NCBI GenBank assembly: GCA_964521185.1
Contig: CAZFRC010000001.1
Span: 73,023-113,668, forward strand
Reading direction: 5' to 3'
Origin: an uncultured Candidatus Saccharibacteria bacterium
GTDB lineage: Bacteria; Patescibacteriota; Minisyncoccia; Phycocordibacterales; UBA12088
DNA length: 40,646 nt
In this document: in pieces, positions 37,981-40,646 of the stretch
How the letters are laid out: each line of letters begins with the position of its first letter
Numbering within the stretch: position 1 is the first letter of the stretch
The notes under the pieces: generated by a model
Told to the model about the DNA's origin: nothing
What the model saw: only the letters and a program-made list of their open reading frames with translations
The model's database searches: none
Translations under genes and position numbers: made by a program

Positions 37981-37998
37981 TTTTGATATACTCCGTCC

Positions 37999-39906
37999 AT
38001 GTACCTCATTCACGCCCATCCGATTTCGCGCGGAATTTCAAACGACGAACTGACCTATTTTTCAAGCGAGACCTATCCGGAAGGTGCGCTTATTTTTGTC
38101 CCCCTTCGATCTAAGATTGTGCCGGCGCTTGTGGTGCAATCAGAGCGCGTGTCTGATGCCAAGGCGAGTATTCGAAGCGCCGATTTTGCGATTCGAAAAG
38201 TTGCCAAGCGCGCCCCCCGCTTTCTATTTTCTTCAGGAACGATTCGCGCGCTTCAAAAGGTCTCCAACTGGCACGCATCATCCCTTGGCGCGATTCTGTC
38301 TGAGGTGGTGCCGCGCGGATCGATCGAAAACGCAAAACGAACGCCAATCATTGAATACGGAACCAAGGGAGGCGCATCAATCGAGCGCGTTGCGTTTCAA
38401 GGGACAATGACGGAGCGGTTTGAAGAATATCGAAATCTTGTCCGTGAAGAATTTGCAAAAAAACGCTCGGTGTTGCTTCTCGCGCCAACGCGAAGAGAGT
38501 CGGAAGCCCTTGCGCAATATCTTGCGCGCGGCATTTCAGAATACACATTTTTGCTCCATGGAGGATTGCCGGCTACGTTGTTTCGCGAGCAATGGAGCGG
38601 CGCGCACAACAGCGCGCATCCTGTGCTCATTATCGGTACGCCATCTTCTGTGGCGCTTCCTCGGCACGATATCGGCACCATTATCATAGAACGGGAAACG
38701 GCGACGACGTGGCGGCGCGACACCCGACCCTATATTGATTTTCGCATTGTTGCGGAAGAAATTGCGAACGAATACGGCGCACGTTTTTTGGTTGCTGATA
38801 TGCCCCTTCGTATTGAGACGGTATACCGCATGAACGCGCGCGAATTTGAAGAACGAGGAATCCGAAAAACACGCGTATCTTCGCCCCCTGAGATGAGACT
38901 CATCGACGCGAGACCTCGTATACGAAAAGAACTCGAGCAGGTTTCCCCCAGACGTGAAAGATTCAGAGCGATTCATCCGGAGCTTGCGCACACAATTCAA
39001 AAAATGATTCAAAAACCATCGCGTGTGTTTTTGTTCGCGGCGCGGCGAGGGCTTGCGCCGATTACGGTGTGTGATGATTGCGGAAGCCCCGTGGTGGATG
39101 ACGCAACAGGGCTACCAGTTGTGCTCCATAAAAGCGCGAGAGGAAACGTGTTCGTATGTCATGCGAGCGGCACGGTTCGGAGCGCGAATGAACGTTGCCG
39201 ATTTTGCGGATCATGGAAATTATCCACACTCGGTATCGGCGCAGAATTGGTAGAAGAAGAAGCAAGAGAGCGTTTTCCGGATGTACCGGTGTTTTCAATT
39301 ACCAAGGATTCGACGCCGAAAGAAAAAGAAGCGGAGAAAACCGCGCGGCGCTTCAAAGAAGCGCCGCGCGCAATCCTTGTTGGTACCGAGCTTGCTCTTT
39401 CGTATCTCCCGGACGCCCTCACGCTCTCCGCAGTCGTGTCTCTTGATTCCCTCCTCTCTGCTCCAGAGTGGAATATCCATGACAGAATTTTCAGCATTCT
39501 CATGCGAATTCGCGAACGGACAGAAGAAGCCATGATTATTCAAACGCGACAACCGGAACGTTCGGTAGTTATCGAAGCTGTGGGAGGTGCAATTGCCGAT
39601 TATTACAAAACAGAGCTCAATGACAGGAGACGCTTCGGATATCCTCCGTTTAGTACATTGATCAAAATATCATGTGTAGGGAGCAAAGAACGAGTCTCAA
39701 AAAGACTCTCTGAGGTTGAAACAATGCTTTTGCCTTTTACACTCTCCGGCCACACCCACGTGATGAATCTTCCAAAAGGAAGGAGCGTCATCCACGGATT
39801 TATCCGGCTTCCCCAACACGAATGGGTGCGTGAGGATTTGCTGGAAAAAATTCGTTTGCTGCCGCCAGATATCGCGGTAACCATAAACCCAGATAGTATT
39901 TTGTAG
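37999..39906 (+). CDS. priA: Primosomal protein N' (PriA), degenerate helicase motifs
   Basis: 3'-DNA-binding N-terminus (LTYF...VPLR), IGTPSS, RRGLAP-VCDDCG, CRFCGS, ILVGT, QTRQPE, RRRFGYPPF. Confidence 0.88.
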   Translation: MYLIHAHPISRGISNDELTYFSSETYPEGALIFVPLRSKIVPALVVQSERVSDAKASIRSADFAIRKVAKRAPRFLFSSGTIRALQKVSNWHASSLGAILSEVVPRGSIENAKRTPIIEYGTKGGASIERVAFQGTMTERFEEYRNLVREEFAKKRSVLLLAPTRRESEALAQYLARGISEYTFLLHGGLPATLFREQWSGAHNSAHPVLIIGTPSSVALPRHDIGTIIIERETATTWRRDTRPYIDFRIVAEEIANEYGARFLVADMPLRIETVYRMNAREFEERGIRKTRVSSPPEMRLIDARPRIRKELEQVSPRRERFRAIHPELAHTIQKMIQKPSRVFLFAARRGLAPITVCDDCGSPVVDDATGLPVVLHKSARGNVFVCHASGTVRSANERCRFCGSWKLSTLGIGAELVEEEARERFPDVPVFSITKDSTPKEKEAEKTARRFKEAPRAILVGTELALSYLPDALTLSAVVSLDSLLSAPEWNIHDRIFSILMRIRERTEEAMIIQTRQPERSVVIEAVGGAIADYYKTELNDRRRFGYPPFSTLIKISCVGSKERVSKRLSEVETMLLPFTLSGHTHVMNLPKGRSVIHGFIRLPQHEWVREDLLEKIRLLPPDIAVTINPDSIL

Positions 39907-39915
39907 CATTTCTGC

Positions 39916-40646
39916 CTATGGACACCGTCCGCCATTTTCTTGACATGCTCGAATAGATCGTATTCTATCAACACCTCGACGCGTCTCTTTGAATCCTATA
40001 TTTTCTCTGCACCCTGGTGGCGTTGGTTCTACTTGGTAACAACCCTTTGTGTCCCAGGGGCAAGCGTATTTCATGACCCCAGCAGGACAATGCTCGCTTT
40101 GTTCGAGCGCGTTGCTCTTAAGTCCCGCATTATACAGAGGATAGAAACGAGCCGGATCATTACTTCCAGCTGTCTCGATAGTCTTTTTTAAATAAAATGC
40201 GGTGGCTCTTGTGTTGTTTTGAGGATTTGCCAACCAACCTTTAAGCCTTTCGTCGTCAGTAACTATATCGGACGGTATGCCTAATTCTCTTGCATACGTT
40301 TTGGCGTTAGTAAGAAGCACTTGTCCAAGGCCTACGGCTTCGGTTTTATTATTATAAGCACCAGCCACCCCCGAAGATTCAGTCATAATGAGTGCCTGAA
40401 GAATATTCTCATCAACTCCAAATTCTTTAGCTGCGGCAGCAATCGCTTGTTGATGAAGCTGTAATTGAAAATTTAATCGATTATACTCTCCCTGGGTAAC
40501 AGCTACATGTTTAACATTGGGATCAAATCCAATAATTCCTCCCCCGCCTACCAAACCTCCTCCGGAACTTGAAGAAATTGATGATCCCATTGGCACCTCC
40601 CTCTTGACCGGCGCTCCTGCTCTGCAGAGAATGGTGTTCCATGGCC
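39916..40646 (-). CDS. SLT lytic transglycosylase domain protein with Cys-rich tail (5'-truncated)
   Basis: LQALIMTESSG (catalytic Glu), AVGLGQV, YNAG. The frame stays open to the window edge (PWNTILCRAGAPVKREVPMG). Confidence 0.85.
   Translation of the reverse strand, partial: PWNTILCRAGAPVKREVPMGSSISSSSGGGLVGGGGIIGFDPNVKHVAVTQGEYNRLNFQLQLHQQAIAAAAKEFGVDENILQALIMTESSGVAGAYNNKTEAVGLGQVLLTNAKTYARELGIPSDIVTDDERLKGWLANPQNNTRATAFYLKKTIETAGSNDPARFYPLYNAGLKSNALEQSEHCPAGVMKYACPWDTKGCYQVEPTPPGCRENIGFKETRRGVDRIRSIRACQENGGRCP

Noticed and set aside
39220-39228. DnaA box inside priA as an oriC signal
   Set aside because: It is an isolated copy in coding sequence, with no box cluster, AT-rich unwinding element or dnaA nearby.
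1-40646. Alternative genetic code (TGA=Gly as in Gracilibacteria/Absconditabacteria)
   Set aside because: TGA terminates full-length genes such as proS and mreC, and conserved proteins translate intact with code 11.

Overview
A 40.6-kb chromosomal fragment from a Candidate Phyla Radiation (Patescibacteria, most likely Parcubacteria) bacterium using genetic code 11. The assignment rests on class I LysRS, a short ProRS, a minimal dcw cluster, a stand-alone VirD4-like ATPase and many orphans. Bases 1-22.8 kb are mostly housekeeping: recR, rplU, rmuC, a P-type ATPase, yqeY, mpg, tRNA-Glu, mraZ-rsmH-ftsL-ftsI-murF, lysS, greA, proS-mreB-mreC-mreD-like-pbp2, rseP, frr, a holB-like gene and a CPA1 antiporter. 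Bases 22.8-36.4 kb are an accessory-looking block. It holds a VirD4/TraG-like ATPase followed by three orphans (163, 831, 887 aa) and a small CPR-type protein. It also holds a divergent membrane-anchored orphan in which I read a cryptic lytic-transglycosylase plus peptidoglycan-binding domain, a second mreB, and an exported orphan with a caspase-like His/Cys dyad. The window ends with murA, a helicase-motif-degenerate priA and a 5'-truncated Cys-rich SLT protein. Signals missed by the ORF track are a 35-aa acidic ORF ending in EEPF upstream of holB, a small structured + strand unit between murA and priA, and -10 boxes 6-8 nt before at least eight start codons. No CRISPR array, rRNA, transposase or integrase was seen. 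All domain calls come from reading motifs by eye; no database search was run.
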